From positions 96,001 through 160,000 of the IMG/VR virus record IMGVR_UViG_3300037067_012889: DNA of 64,000 nucleotides; one strand, written 5' to 3'. The stretch comes from a virus (Duplodnaviria; Caudoviricetes). The notes below the pieces were generated by a model. The model did not search any database, was not told the DNA's origin, and worked only from the letters and a program-made list of their open reading frames with translations. Each line of letters starts with the position of its first letter. The stretch's first letter is position 1. This document shows, piece after piece, positions 1 to 9,005 of this stretch. Position numbers and translations under genes: made by a program.

Positions 1-61
1 ACCACATACAAGACTGCCACCAAAGGGTTCCAGGAGAATTAGATTGAAATTGGATTACCAT
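1..61 (-). CDS. 5' end of a gene that runs off the left edge (MVIQFQSNSPGTLWWQSCMW...)
   Basis: ATG at 61-59 on the minus strand, GAGGAG just upstream, frame open to position 1. Confidence 0.45.
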   Translation of the reverse strand, partial: MVIQFQSNSPGTLWWQSCMW

Positions 62-189
62 CAAACTCCTCAAAATTATTGCGGGGGTTAGCTATGGCAA
101 CAGACTATATAATACCCGGTGTAACGAGACTCATAAGATAGAATCTATTGTTTACGAATCGCTACGCTTCCTCTCGAAAACCGCTAGAG

Positions 190-570
190 TCATTTAGTGT
201 CCTTGCAATTATCGCACTTCCACATACATGGCAATTCGACAGCAATAAGATCACTAGATTCACACCACATTTTACAGAATGGGCATTGTTCTATGTGTGA
301 GTCCAATGCCGCTGCTCGAAATTCTTCCAAAGTCCATCCCATCTTCTTCTGAATTCTGTCGGCTCCGTCCAGGAAGTATAGGATGAGTTCCTTCTGCTGT
401 TCGGTGAGTTTGTGGCTCTCCTTCTCCTTATTAATGATGTCATCGACCTCTTGAAGAATCGATGCAGCACCGCAAGAGCAGTCGGGGTGATAATAACATT
501 CGTCAGTATGACGAACATATTCCTTCATCTTAGCCAGGAGCCTTATCATTTTCTTTTCTAGCTCTGTCAT
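190..570 (-). CDS. Cys/His-rich putative Zn-binding protein, paralogue of 974..1348
   Basis: HxxxC...CxCG, LDG, GWT and CPxCKxWC...CxxC all align with 974..1348. Confidence 0.75.
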   Translation of the reverse strand: MTELEKKMIRLLAKMKEYVRHTDECYYHPDCSCGAASILQEVDDIINKEKESHKLTEQQKELILYFLDGADRIQKKMGWTLEEFRAAALDSHIEQCPFCKMWCESSDLIAVELPCMWKCDNCKDTK

Positions 571-967
571 AATCTTCCCCCTTGGCAGTACGTTCCTGAT
601 ATTGCCAAATCATTTTCTGGCCGATAGACATAATGCCCAGGGCACTACGTCCACATCCCTTATTGTGCTCGTTAGCGTAGGATTGTTGCTGGATTTGAAA
701 ATCGATAGGAAGGCCCGTCATCTTCTGGCCGAGAGTGGCATAGGCAAGACACAAAGAGACCCATTTGGGATTTCGCTCATCGGGCTTTCCGAATTCCATC
801 CTCTCCCATTCCTCGTCACCGAGAATGACGCGAACATCAACGTCGCGCCACGTCTTACCCTCTAATGCGGAGCCTACTAGATAGGGATATTCCCCGAATG
901 CGTGATAGACAAGCAAACCAAACTCGTCCAACCACAACGATGCAGGCATACCAGTTCCAACAGGCAT
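530..967 (-). CDS. Minimal Pol-beta-superfamily nucleotidyltransferase
   Basis: YLVGSA...RDVDVR (GS plus DxD) and a distal IDF Asp. Confidence 0.7.
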   Translation of the reverse strand: MPVGTGMPASLWLDEFGLLVYHAFGEYPYLVGSALEGKTWRDVDVRVILGDEEWERMEFGKPDERNPKWVSLCLAYATLGQKMTGLPIDFQIQQQSYANEHNKGCGRSALGIMSIGQKMIWQYQERTAKGEDYDRARKENDKAPG

Positions 968-973
968 ATAAAC

Positions 974-1348
974 CTACCTACACTTATTGCAGCGACCATC
1001 ATACTCGCCTTCGCTGATAAGATCGTCATCGTCGCACCATATCTTACAGTTCGGACATTGTCCTAAATGTGCTTCAGACACGGCCGCATTAAATTCGTCG
1101 ATGGTCCACCCTGTTTGTGTCATAACTTTAGAAGGACCATCTAAATAAGATATGAGGAGGTTCTTATGATCCTCGGTGAGCTTATAGCTGTCTTTAATCT
1201 CCTCAACAAGACCCGCCATGTCTTGAAGAAGATCGGAGACGCCACAGGTACATTTAGAGGGATTCGAGCAGGGGCACGTTTCTGAATGGCGAACATGTGC
1301 CGCCGACTTTCTGACCATATCAGATATTCTATCTAGTAAAGATGTCAT
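974..1348 (-). CDS. Cys/His-rich putative Zn-binding protein, paralogue of 190..570
   Basis: Colinear motif conservation with 190..570. Confidence 0.75.
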   Translation of the reverse strand: MTSLLDRISDMVRKSAAHVRHSETCPCSNPSKCTCGVSDLLQDMAGLVEEIKDSYKLTEDHKNLLISYLDGPSKVMTQTGWTIDEFNAAVSEAHLGQCPNCKIWCDDDDLISEGEYDGRCNKCR

Positions 1349-1354
1349 AATCTT

Positions 1355-1771
1355 CTATTCCTCCACATGGTTGCTATTGTTATCTATTTTACCGTGCTCC
1401 GCATACTTCATTTCGACACCATTCTCATACCGCGCTGCCCTTATTACCCCTATCCCTGCTCTCTCGGCTTGTCGAATCATGTCGGCCGTACCCCTACCTC
1501 CTGGAAAAGCCATAACGAGGTCTGGCTTTTCTTCAAGCATCTCCCTATTCCTTATTGGTCCGGCCGACCTTCCATATTTATCCCATTTAGCAAGATGGAT
1601 AGAAATATGAATATTATTATCTCGTGCCCACTTATCAGCTAGAGAATCTGCTCCTCGTGCACCGCCATGTATGAGAGTGTCGATAGGATTTTCCTTATGT
1701 AAACCGTCCAAGACGGTCTTAAGCATCTCGTAGTCATCAAAATCTCTACCACCAGTCACGAGGATCTTCAT
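1355..1771 (-). CDS. SLOG-family (YspA-like, DUF2493) nucleotide-binding protein
   Basis: ILVTGGRDF, IHGGARGADSLA, AGPIRNREML, AFPGGRGTADM. Confidence 0.85.
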   Translation of the reverse strand: MKILVTGGRDFDDYEMLKTVLDGLHKENPIDTLIHGGARGADSLADKWARDNNIHISIHLAKWDKYGRSAGPIRNREMLEEKPDLVMAFPGGRGTADMIRQAERAGIGVIRAARYENGVEMKYAEHGKIDNNSNHVEE

Positions 1772-1783
1772 AATCTCACACCA

Positions 1784-2065
1784 TTACGATTCGTCATTCC
1801 TGAAACCATCGTCGTCTTCTCCATGCCCTTCCAGCGTTTTCCTTGCTATTTCCACGGCCCTCTCTGCTATCAGACGGTAAGAGGAGCAAGCACGCTCAAA
1901 ATGCCCTTCTCTTGAAAAGGAAGCGGCTTTCTTTAAGTCTACCTCAAAAGAGGCAATCTGCCCCAAATAATGTCGAAATCTTCTATCTTCTTCCTGAAGA
2001 CCAGTAGTAACAAGGCGCAATCTCGCAAGTTCTGCCTGACTATATGCTTTTCTCTTTCCGTTCAT
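1784..2065 (-). CDS. Hypothetical protein
   Basis: ORF in a tightly packed minus-strand gene run. Confidence 0.55.
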   Translation of the reverse strand: MNGKRKAYSQAELARLRLVTTGLQEEDRRFRHYLGQIASFEVDLKKAASFSREGHFERACSSYRLIAERAVEIARKTLEGHGEDDDGFRNDES

Positions 2066-2074
2066 ATAATAATC

Positions 2075-2272
2075 CTAATTAAGCTCGATACGCCTCTGCA
2101 ATTCTCTTCGCACGCTGTCAAAGAATGAGGATATTATATAGTCGGGAGAAATCCCTTCCTCCACTGCTTTTCGCGCTTTCTCTTTTTCACCTATCAGCTG
2201 ATCCCGGTGCTTTGCAAATGCAGGATTTGCAATAATCTTATCGAATAGCTGACACATCTCTTCTAGTGTCAT
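2075..2272 (-). CDS. Hypothetical protein
   Basis: ORF in a packed run. Confidence 0.5.
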   Translation of the reverse strand: MTLEEMCQLFDKIIANPAFAKHRDQLIGEKEKARKAVEEGISPDYIISSFFDSVRRELQRRIELN

Positions 2273-2471
2273 CTTCCATCTCCACTAGTTCGACTAATGC
2301 AATAGATTTAGGAAGACTCATGTAATATTGGTGAAAGACCTTTATAGCTACCAATCTATCCATAGCATATTTATCTGTGTTATTAATGTCGCCCAATAAG
2401 AGTGTGGCTAATTCAACGTCCTCGTCTTCAAATGCGTAATTTTCGTGTGACTTCATATACTTATTTCTCAC
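2238..2471 (-). CDS. Hypothetical protein
   Basis: ORF in a packed run, GTGA overlap with the upstream gene. Confidence 0.5.
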   Translation of the reverse strand: MRNKYMKSHENYAFEDEDVELATLLLGDINNTDKYAMDRLVAIKVFHQYYMSLPKSIALVELVEMEDDTRRDVSAIR

Positions 2472-2686
2472 ACTTGTGCAGTATCGTCAGTACGTTTAAT
2501 TCCCAAATCGTCGGCAATAGTATCTCTCATGCCGCGAAGTCTTTCAATAAGCCTGCCCTCACGACGTGGAATACTAGAGAGGTCGAAAGGTTGTGATATA
2601 CTATACTTATTTGCTATATAACCCTCAATCTCAAGTAATATGTCTTCTATCGCCTTGTATGTCCTTGTGGCGTCTGCTTTCTTCAC
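2468..2686 (-). CDS. Hypothetical protein
   Basis: ORF with a GGAGAGG RBS. Confidence 0.55.
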   Translation of the reverse strand: MKKADATRTYKAIEDILLEIEGYIANKYSISQPFDLSSIPRREGRLIERLRGMRDTIADDLGIKRTDDTAQV

Positions 2687-2697
2687 GCATCCTCTCC

Positions 2698-2958
2698 CTA
2701 TTCTACTAATGGATCTATGGCATCAACAATCTGCCAGTCAGCATACTCTACACCTTTGCATTCTCTCAGTATCGCCTTTATAGCATAGTGATCACCAGAT
2801 CTAGCTCTTTCAAGTGCATTCGTAAACGATATATCGTCGAAACAGCTTAACTCATCGAGGGTTTTGAAAAGCTGTTGCATAGCCGCTCTTTGCTGCTCTG
2901 GCGAATCGGCAAGCCAATACTCATTATCATTTTTCGCGTGATAGACAAGTATCTTCAT
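2698..2958 (-). CDS. Hypothetical protein
   Basis: ORF in a packed run. Confidence 0.55.
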   Translation of the reverse strand: MKILVYHAKNDNEYWLADSPEQQRAAMQQLFKTLDELSCFDDISFTNALERARSGDHYAIKAILRECKGVEYADWQIVDAIDPLVE

Positions 2959-2967
2959 TATCTTATC

Positions 2968-3177
2968 CTACGAATGTTCAACCACTTCCCATATAGAATA
3001 TGGGATAAGAGTAACGACATCACACTCTACGACGGCTATTTCTTCTATTGGGAAATATACGGCGCACATATTATAGCCAAATACGGCATAAGTATCGTCC
3101 GACCTGATAAAGAATCCTACATATGAAACGCCAGCATATAGAATTCTATACAATTGTCCCCGTTGTAATTCATCCAT
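2968..3177 (-). CDS. Hypothetical protein
   Basis: ORF in a packed run. Confidence 0.5.
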   Translation of the reverse strand: MDELQRGQLYRILYAGVSYVGFFIRSDDTYAVFGYNMCAVYFPIEEIAVVECDVVTLIPYSIWEVVEHS

Positions 3178-3442
3178 CTTTATGTTCTTTGATTCTCTTC
3201 TCTGCCTGTTCTCTGGAACTCACTTCGATAGCCCCAAGTCTCACGGCTTTTAGTCTTCGCCCATTAGTAAGATCGTAATGTGGATGGCGTCGGTGATCCT
3301 GAAACCATGAACGACTTAATCCTATACTTATGGCGAATTCGTGTAGTTCTTCAAGCGTATCGGCTGTCAAATGACACGCTTGAAGATATGGCCACTTGCG
3401 AGATTTCTCTGTGTTAAAAAGTTCATCAACATATACAGCCAT
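3170..3442 (-). CDS. DUF4031 family protein
   Basis: MAVYVD...CHLTADTLEELHEFA.SIGL.R.WFQ...HYDL. Confidence 0.85.
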   Translation of the reverse strand: MAVYVDELFNTEKSRKWPYLQACHLTADTLEELHEFAISIGLSRSWFQDHRRHPHYDLTNGRRLKAVRLGAIEVSSREQAEKRIKEHKDG

Positions 3443-3475
3443 ATTCTGACTTATTACTCCAAAAAGATGATTCGC

Positions 3476-3724
3476 TCACCATAAAAATTCCTCTATTTCG
3501 TCCAATACATTGCCATTAGGAACGATTAATCCTTCGTCCTTCTTAATGGCTATGCATTCGTCGCATAGACAGAATATGAATTTATATGTGTCGAATTTGC
3601 TACCATAATTGCATGTGACTTCCCATGAATTACCACCACCAAGCAACCCCATCCATGGTTGCTTGGTATTGTTTCCAAATTCGACTTCTAATTCTTTTCC
3701 ACAAATAAGACATCTTGCCATTCT
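3476..3724 (-). CDS. Zn-finger protein (CxxC...CxxC); likely start MARCLICG
   Basis: CLICG and CLCDEC; ATG abuts the upstream stop at 3723. Confidence 0.55.
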   Translation of the reverse strand, partial: RMARCLICGKELEVEFGNNTKQPWMGLLGGGNSWEVTCNYGSKFDTYKFIFCLCDECIAIKKDEGLIVPNGNVLDEIEEFLW

Positions 3725-3986
3725 ATTGCTTAAACGGTTTGAGAGGAGGTGGTACAGGACTATCATTCGACCGAGCAGCTTCGCCACAGGATAGATGAGG
3801 AGAACCTGGGATACTCTTACATCCATACCATTGTTCTCTCGCACACACTGCTTCATTAAAAGCGGAGAGACACTTATGTATATAGATAGCTAGTATGAAA
3901 TCTGGCGTGTTACTGCCATTCTCAATCGAATATTTGTTAATAAGATGCTCTAACTCTTTGACAAATCCTGGCTCTTCTGAAACCAT
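3723..3986 (-). CDS. Conserved phage hypothetical protein
   Basis: ELEHLINKYSIENGSNTPDFILA motif, recalled from phage proteins. Confidence 0.7.
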   Translation of the reverse strand: MVSEEPGFVKELEHLINKYSIENGSNTPDFILAIYIHKCLSAFNEAVCAREQWYGCKSIPGSPHLSCGEAARSNDSPVPPPLKPFKQ

Positions 3987-4376
3987 TTATTCTGTCTCCT
4001 GCTTTGTCTGATAACATCTTGCTAATGGGACATCTGGAGCAAGATGCATAGGTGCGTGATTCCAAACACTTTGTGTCTCATTTCTAGCACTCGCTGTAGT
4101 TTGTCGGATGACGCATTCGAGATCGTAGGCAACTTTGAAATTGGTCCTGACATTCTCACTAGAAATACCGTGAGACCCATTATGTGGATGGCCAAGGATC
4201 TTCTTAATATCCCTACAACATTTGGTTATACAATCATTCTGATCGCAAGTAGTATCCCCGTCCGACAGAAGATGGCCAACCTCTTCAATCTGCCCGATGC
4301 CAACCCTAACATAGAGATCCAGCGCGGCTGTTAAGATCCTTATCTGATCGTCACTCATCTCTAAGTTGTACATCAT
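3987..4376 (-). CDS. Hypothetical phage protein
   Basis: ALDLYVRVGIGQ motif, packed run. Confidence 0.6.
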   Translation of the reverse strand: MMYNLEMSDDQIRILTAALDLYVRVGIGQIEEVGHLLSDGDTTCDQNDCITKCCRDIKKILGHPHNGSHGISSENVRTNFKVAYDLECVIRQTTASARNETQSVWNHAPMHLAPDVPLARCYQTKQETE

Positions 4377-4530
4377 TATCTCCGTCTAGAAGAATAATAC
4401 GCTCAGTAGTGGCTATATCGGCCACTCTAGCTGTGGGTGTGGGAATGATATGGGTACTTACGACTTCCCCATTTCTGATGTGCTCAATAGTGAAGACGCC
4501 CGCAAACTTATAGCACGAAGAGTCGTCCAT
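4351..4530 (-). CDS. 59-aa protein absent from the ORF track (MDDSSCYKFAGVFTIEHIRNGEVV...)
   Basis: Translated by hand; fills the gap between 4376 and 4537. Confidence 0.55.
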   Translation of the reverse strand: MDDSSCYKFAGVFTIEHIRNGEVVSTHIIPTPTARVADIATTERIILLDGDNDVQLRDE

Positions 4531-4536
4531 TTGAAT

Positions 4537-4809
4537 TTATTCTGATACATCTCCGACGTAATGGTCTATAAACTGATCCGATTGCCACTTTGCTATGACT
4601 ATCTCTGCCATAGTCGGATGTAATCGGAACATGTGATGTAAATGTGCAACCTCATACTCTGGCTGAACATGCATCAGCACATTCGTACCTTCTGATGTAG
4701 ATGTGTTTTTATCGTTGGCGTATGTTTTCTGCGGTGTATGTATAAGTTCTGCCGGATACTCTACAATAGAATCTTCATTTTCAGAAACATAATACCTCTT
4801 CTCGCTCAT
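4537..4809 (-). CDS. Hypothetical protein
   Basis: ATGA overlap with the upstream gene. Confidence 0.55.
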   Translation of the reverse strand: MSEKRYYVSENEDSIVEYPAELIHTPQKTYANDKNTSTSEGTNVLMHVQPEYEVAHLHHMFRLHPTMAEIVIAKWQSDQFIDHYVGDVSE

Positions 4810-4991
4810 CGTCGTCTCCTATCAACTATTAACGTCCATATCAGCATAATTATGCCGACAGGATAACCAAGAAATTCTAGCCACTTACTCGGAACTGCTG
4901 TCGGAGTTAGGGTGTACCAAACAACAGCAATAATAGATGCTAATAAATAAACTACAAGAATCGCAAGTATCAGCAAGGTCCAAAACATCAT
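4806..4991 (-). CDS. Small two-TM membrane protein
   Basis: Two hydrophobic stretches and a basic C-terminus. Confidence 0.6.
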   Translation of the reverse strand: MMFWTLLILAILVVYLLASIIAVVWYTLTPTAVPSKWLEFLGYPVGIIMLIWTLIVDRRRR

Positions 4992-5239
4992 GTACTCTGC
5001 AATAATTGGTTTATGCCAACTTCGTCAATCAAGATCTGGTTAAGACATATCAAATCCAAACCGATAAAATTCTTACGAACGCAATCGAAACAGTCAACCA
5101 TATTTACGTCACTATTTCCCTTCAATGTCAGGTATAATTCTCTAAGTAGTTGAACTTTGCAGTCATCACGTCCATCGCGTGCCTTGATATGCAAACCAAG
5201 AAGAATTATTCTGTGAAGAGTGTATTCTCTTGGCGTCAT
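4988..5239 (-). CDS. Hypothetical protein
   Basis: ATGA overlap. Confidence 0.5.
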   Translation of the reverse strand: MTPREYTLHRIILLGLHIKARDGRDDCKVQLLRELYLTLKGNSDVNMVDCFDCVRKNFIGLDLICLNQILIDEVGINQLLQST

Positions 5240-5321
5240 AACGACTTCCTAAGACCGCTGGAGTCTACTGGATCGACATGATATTCACCAATAGTCACGA
5301 CAAACCCTCTGGAGTTGTTCT

Positions 5322-5630
5322 TTACTTATCTTGATGACATTCACATTTGACCCAGGCTCTCTGAGCGATACGTTTAAGATTTCTTTTGTATTCTCTTTTA
5401 TGAGCTTTGCGTCTTCTTATTCGCAAATCGTGAAAATATAGAAACAATTCTTCCTTTGTCATTACCAGCATTGCTTCAAGATCTGAATCGAGCGATGTGT
5501 GAAATTCGTCTCTCCTAATGTATAGCCTGTGCCACCACAATTTGATGCGTTTATTCCAAATTCTTCTTCGTAGGTCTGTGAAGAATTCTCGCATATTTTC
5601 TGAAATACTGTCGATGCAGTATTTAAGCAC
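5322..5630 (-). CDS. Basic hypothetical protein
   Basis: ORF; start uncertain. Confidence 0.5.
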   Translation of the reverse strand: MLKYCIDSISENMREFFTDLRRRIWNKRIKLWWHRLYIRRDEFHTSLDSDLEAMLVMTKEELFLYFHDLRIRRRKAHKREYKRNLKRIAQRAWVKCECHQDK

Positions 5631-5633
5631 ACC

Positions 5634-6494
5634 ATGAATAAAGAAGCGGAAAAATACTATGAAGCTATGAAAAGATACTACGATAGTAAACGTCTCTCAA
5701 ACGATGTTGAATTCAAACAGGAATATCTTGGTGAATTCATAGAACCAGAACCAATAGAACCAAGAAAAATATGGGCCGCTCGCCCAAATATACTAAATCA
5801 AAGACGCATTGGAGAAAATGATATGCATCTAGTACAATTATCAGAGGGTATGTCGAAGGCTCCGCGTAGTAGATTATGGAAGTTAGAACAAGAGCTGAAA
5901 CAAGCTAATGGACGATGCTGCATACATAGTGGCCAGGGTGAGCGATATTTCATGTATGCTATGAAGAGAATGCGAATATTAGAACAAATAGCAAAATACA
6001 GACCGCTTAATAAGACCGAACAATATGCAGTAGAGCAAGGGCACAAGATAATAGATAAATATTATTCAAAGCCAATAAGAGAATCGAATGACTCCAAAAT
6101 ATTGGCGTCAGCATTGCAGAAATTGGATGCCAGTCCAGAGCAGATGCCATATAATACAATATGGACAGATATGTATCCAGTCATCAAACGATTCGGACTC
6201 ACCCCAGAGGAAGGATTAGCACTGCGAACTAGTAAAGCTTGGAGAAAAGCACATAACGGACATGAAATAGACAGAGATGTTCTGAAATTAAGTTCTCAAC
6301 GTCCAGATGTACCCGTCCTAAAGAAGAGTAAAAGCCTAGATAGAAGAGAAAGCGGCCCATACTTCGAAGAAGAAGAAAAGCCAACATGCGTTGCATGTGG
6401 TGGAACCGGCAAATCGAGTACTGGAAGGCCATATGTTCCTTGCCAAATACGCAAGCAGAGAGAAGCTAAGCGCAAGCCGCAAGATAAGAAATAG
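5634..6494 (+). CDS. Hypothetical protein with an N-terminal FKQEYLGEF motif and a C-terminal CxxCxGxG Zn-finger-like motif
   Basis: 286-aa ORF; CVACGGTGK. Confidence 0.65.
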   Translation: MNKEAEKYYEAMKRYYDSKRLSNDVEFKQEYLGEFIEPEPIEPRKIWAARPNILNQRRIGENDMHLVQLSEGMSKAPRSRLWKLEQELKQANGRCCIHSGQGERYFMYAMKRMRILEQIAKYRPLNKTEQYAVEQGHKIIDKYYSKPIRESNDSKILASALQKLDASPEQMPYNTIWTDMYPVIKRFGLTPEEGLALRTSKAWRKAHNGHEIDRDVLKLSSQRPDVPVLKKSKSLDRRESGPYFEEEEKPTCVACGGTGKSSTGRPYVPCQIRKQREAKRKPQDKK

Positions 6495-6548
6495 TATTTT
6501 ATATCTATTAAGTGATTGCCACTTCTAATTAACCATTGTTACGTTTTG

Positions 6549-6557
6549 TGCTATAAT
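6549..6557 (+). promoter_or_regulatory. Sigma70-type extended -10 (TGCTATAAT)
   Basis: Perfect TGnTATAAT 17 nt before ATG 6574, with an AAGGA RBS. Confidence 0.6.
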
Positions 6558-6573
6558 CGTATAAAGGATAATT

Positions 6574-6834
6574 ATGTTGGAAATTCTCGTATCTGCTATT
6601 AGTATAGGCCAAATCGTTGGCCTATTTGTTATTATGGAGATGTTCCATAGCAGAAGAAAGTCCAGGTACATAGGTACTGTTCTGATATTGGCAGGCGTTC
6701 TTCCAATTATCAAAATATTGATTGTGAAGCCGGGCCAAACTAATCTACCATACTTAGCAATGTGGAGCGGGATCGCTATGGTTATAATGGGTATCTTGTG
6801 GATTATTTTCGGTGAGGTATACAGAAATAAATGA
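6574..6834 (+). CDS. Three-TM membrane protein
   Basis: Three hydrophobic segments. Confidence 0.6.
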   Translation: MLEILVSAISIGQIVGLFVIMEMFHSRRKSRYIGTVLILAGVLPIIKILIVKPGQTNLPYLAMWSGIAMVIMGILWIIFGEVYRNK

Positions 6835-7148
6835 ATTGGCATTTTTATGAGTCAGAGTTGCAAGACGGAAAACAAGTGCAGTTCCGACCTCACGGCAATT
6901 CGATGGAGCCGAAAATCCACAGCGGCAATCTCGTTACTATAAATCCAATTACAGAAGCGGATTCGTTGATCTCAAAAGGCGACATCGTTTTCTGCAAGGT
7001 GCATGGAACGTATTATGTCCACCTTGTAGAATCAGTACATCTGACATCTGGCGGCTATCGCTATCAGATTCGCAACAACAAGGGGCATATCAACGGAGTC
7101 ATCGGTCAAGACAGCATCTTCGGGAAGGTTGTAAAGATCGATGATTAG
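6831..7148 (+). CDS. S24/S26-fold peptidase-like protein
   Basis: GNSMEP serine motif, GDIVF, YVHLV (Ser-His type). Confidence 0.65.
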   Translation: MNWHFYESELQDGKQVQFRPHGNSMEPKIHSGNLVTINPITEADSLISKGDIVFCKVHGTYYVHLVESVHLTSGGYRYQIRNNKGHINGVIGQDSIFGKVVKIDD

Positions 7149-7641
7149 GAAGAGATTGAGCGAGCGTGCCGTTCTATGGTACAAGGATCCAAAATGCTAC
7201 TGGTGTAGGAAGCCTACGAGGTTACTGCCAGAGATAACGGGAGGCAAAGCACCAGATGATATGGCAACGATCGACCATCTTTATAACAAGCTCGACAAGA
7301 ACCGCCAAGACATAGATCTTGGGATTATCAAGAAAAATCGAAGAGGCAAGACAGTAGTCAGGCGGCATGTACTAGCCTGTTATGCTTGCAATCAGAAACG
7401 CGGATTACTAGATTGCCAAGCTGCGAAATCTGGAATAGAATTCACTGTATCTGAAACATGTGCGACTAGACTACCGCAGAAAGAAATTGTAGAAGAGCCA
7501 ATCGATCCAGATATGACTCCGATTGAAGCTGATTGGTATTTAGACAGACATTACCGACTAAGAGATTGGAAAAGGCAAGTTGAAGAAAGTTTGGATGGCC
7601 TAGTGTCTGTCATGGGTTTGCCATTGAAAGGCGGCAAGTAA
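7141..7641 (+). CDS. HNH endonuclease
   Basis: CYWC...ATIDHL...VLACYACNQKRG. Confidence 0.8.
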   Translation: MIRKRLSERAVLWYKDPKCYWCRKPTRLLPEITGGKAPDDMATIDHLYNKLDKNRQDIDLGIIKKNRRGKTVVRRHVLACYACNQKRGLLDCQAAKSGIEFTVSETCATRLPQKEIVEEPIDPDMTPIEADWYLDRHYRLRDWKRQVEESLDGLVSVMGLPLKGGK

Positions 7642-8699
7642 TGCATTATGAAGAAGCTATCAAGCACTGCATTTTTCTGTACACGTCCGGATCGCATCAA
7701 TATGGTACAAATCGCCCTGATAGCGATGTTGATAGGCGTGGTGTATTCATCGCTCCACTTGAATGTGCATTCAACATATTCCAATCCAGCTTCGTCGGTT
7801 CTGGAAGCATCAAGAGCGATCTTCACATAGCACTCGATGCTATCGAATATGGCGACTCGATCAAAGCGAAGCATGCTATCGAATCGGCATTACAAACAGA
7901 TAGGGGCGATTTAACATTATCTGTCGAAACTGTGCACAAAACTGGTGAAGATACAGAGCTTCAAGAGTTAAGGAAATTCATGAAGCTGGCCTCAGATTGC
8001 AACCCGAACATCATCGAATTTCTCTATGTCGAACATCTCATCGACATTTGCAAACCAGAATGGGATATGATTAGAGAGCATAGAGATTTTTTCTTATCGC
8101 AAAAAGCTAGATGGACTTTTGCCGGATACGCAATCCAACAACTTAAGCGCATCAAAATTCATCGCGGCTATTTGTTGAATCCACCTACACATCAGCCGAC
8201 AAGGAAAGAATTCGGACTTCCAGAAAACAGCAAGATTCCAAAAGAGCACCAAAACGCCATTCTGTCTCTCCCAGACGAGTGGATTATTGAAGGCTCAAAA
8301 GATCAGGTTATCCAAGAAAAACGGTACGCATCGGCATTGCAAGCGTGGAATGCATATCATAAATGGGATAAGGAGCGCAATCCTGCTCGAAAAGAATTAG
8401 AGAGAAAATACGGTTATGACGTTAAGCACAGTATGCATCTCGTCAGACTGTGCAGGATGGCCGAGGAGATTATCAGAGATCAAAAAGTTCTGGTTAAAAG
8501 ACCAGATGCTGAAGAATTGCGTGGCATCTTGAGGGGCGAGTGGAAATATGAAGAGATTGAAGCTGTCGCCGACAACTTAGATGCAAAACTTGACGCCTTC
8601 TGTAAAACCTCAACACTTAGGAAAGTGCCGGACAGGAAGCGAATTGCCGCTTTATATCAAACAATCTGCGAATTTCGATATGGGATAAAACTGCCGTGA
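7641..8699 (+). CDS. RlaP/YcgL-like (T4 NrdC.11-like) Pol-beta nucleotidyltransferase
   Basis: GSHQYGTNRPDSDVDRRGVF, NPNIIEFL, GYAIQQL, YGYDVKHSMHLVRL. Confidence 0.85.
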   Translation: MHYEEAIKHCIFLYTSGSHQYGTNRPDSDVDRRGVFIAPLECAFNIFQSSFVGSGSIKSDLHIALDAIEYGDSIKAKHAIESALQTDRGDLTLSVETVHKTGEDTELQELRKFMKLASDCNPNIIEFLYVEHLIDICKPEWDMIREHRDFFLSQKARWTFAGYAIQQLKRIKIHRGYLLNPPTHQPTRKEFGLPENSKIPKEHQNAILSLPDEWIIEGSKDQVIQEKRYASALQAWNAYHKWDKERNPARKELERKYGYDVKHSMHLVRLCRMAEEIIRDQKVLVKRPDAEELRGILRGEWKYEEIEAVADNLDAKLDAFCKTSTLRKVPDRKRIAALYQTICEFRYGIKLP

Positions 8700-9004
8700 A
8701 CAAGCTCAGAGTTTGGTGGATGATACCAGCGCCCGGTAAGCAACATATATTTTATGTCCCTGTAGCTGGGTTGGCAGAGGCTAAGAAAATTCTCGAAGTG
8801 CTTGCAGACCACACAAATTTTCTTATTGCACATGACTTGTGTAATGATTACGCAAATGTGAATGGTCTTGAAGAATTTGATCCAGATGACCCTATTGATG
8901 ATCCGGAAGGGTCATGGTGTGAATGGGAATCGGATGATGGTGATGACATTCACCAAATAAACATTGTCCAAGCAAAAACAAAAGACCGTTTAGCAAAGGG
9001 CTAG
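8696..9004 (+). CDS. P22 gp17-like (superinfection-exclusion-annotated) protein
   Basis: KLRVWW.P....FYVPV...EA..IL.VLAD...DYANVNGLE...W.EW pattern, recalled. Confidence 0.6.
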   Translation: MNKLRVWWMIPAPGKQHIFYVPVAGLAEAKKILEVLADHTNFLIAHDLCNDYANVNGLEEFDPDDPIDDPEGSWCEWESDDGDDIHQINIVQAKTKDRLAKG

Positions 9005-9005
9005 T

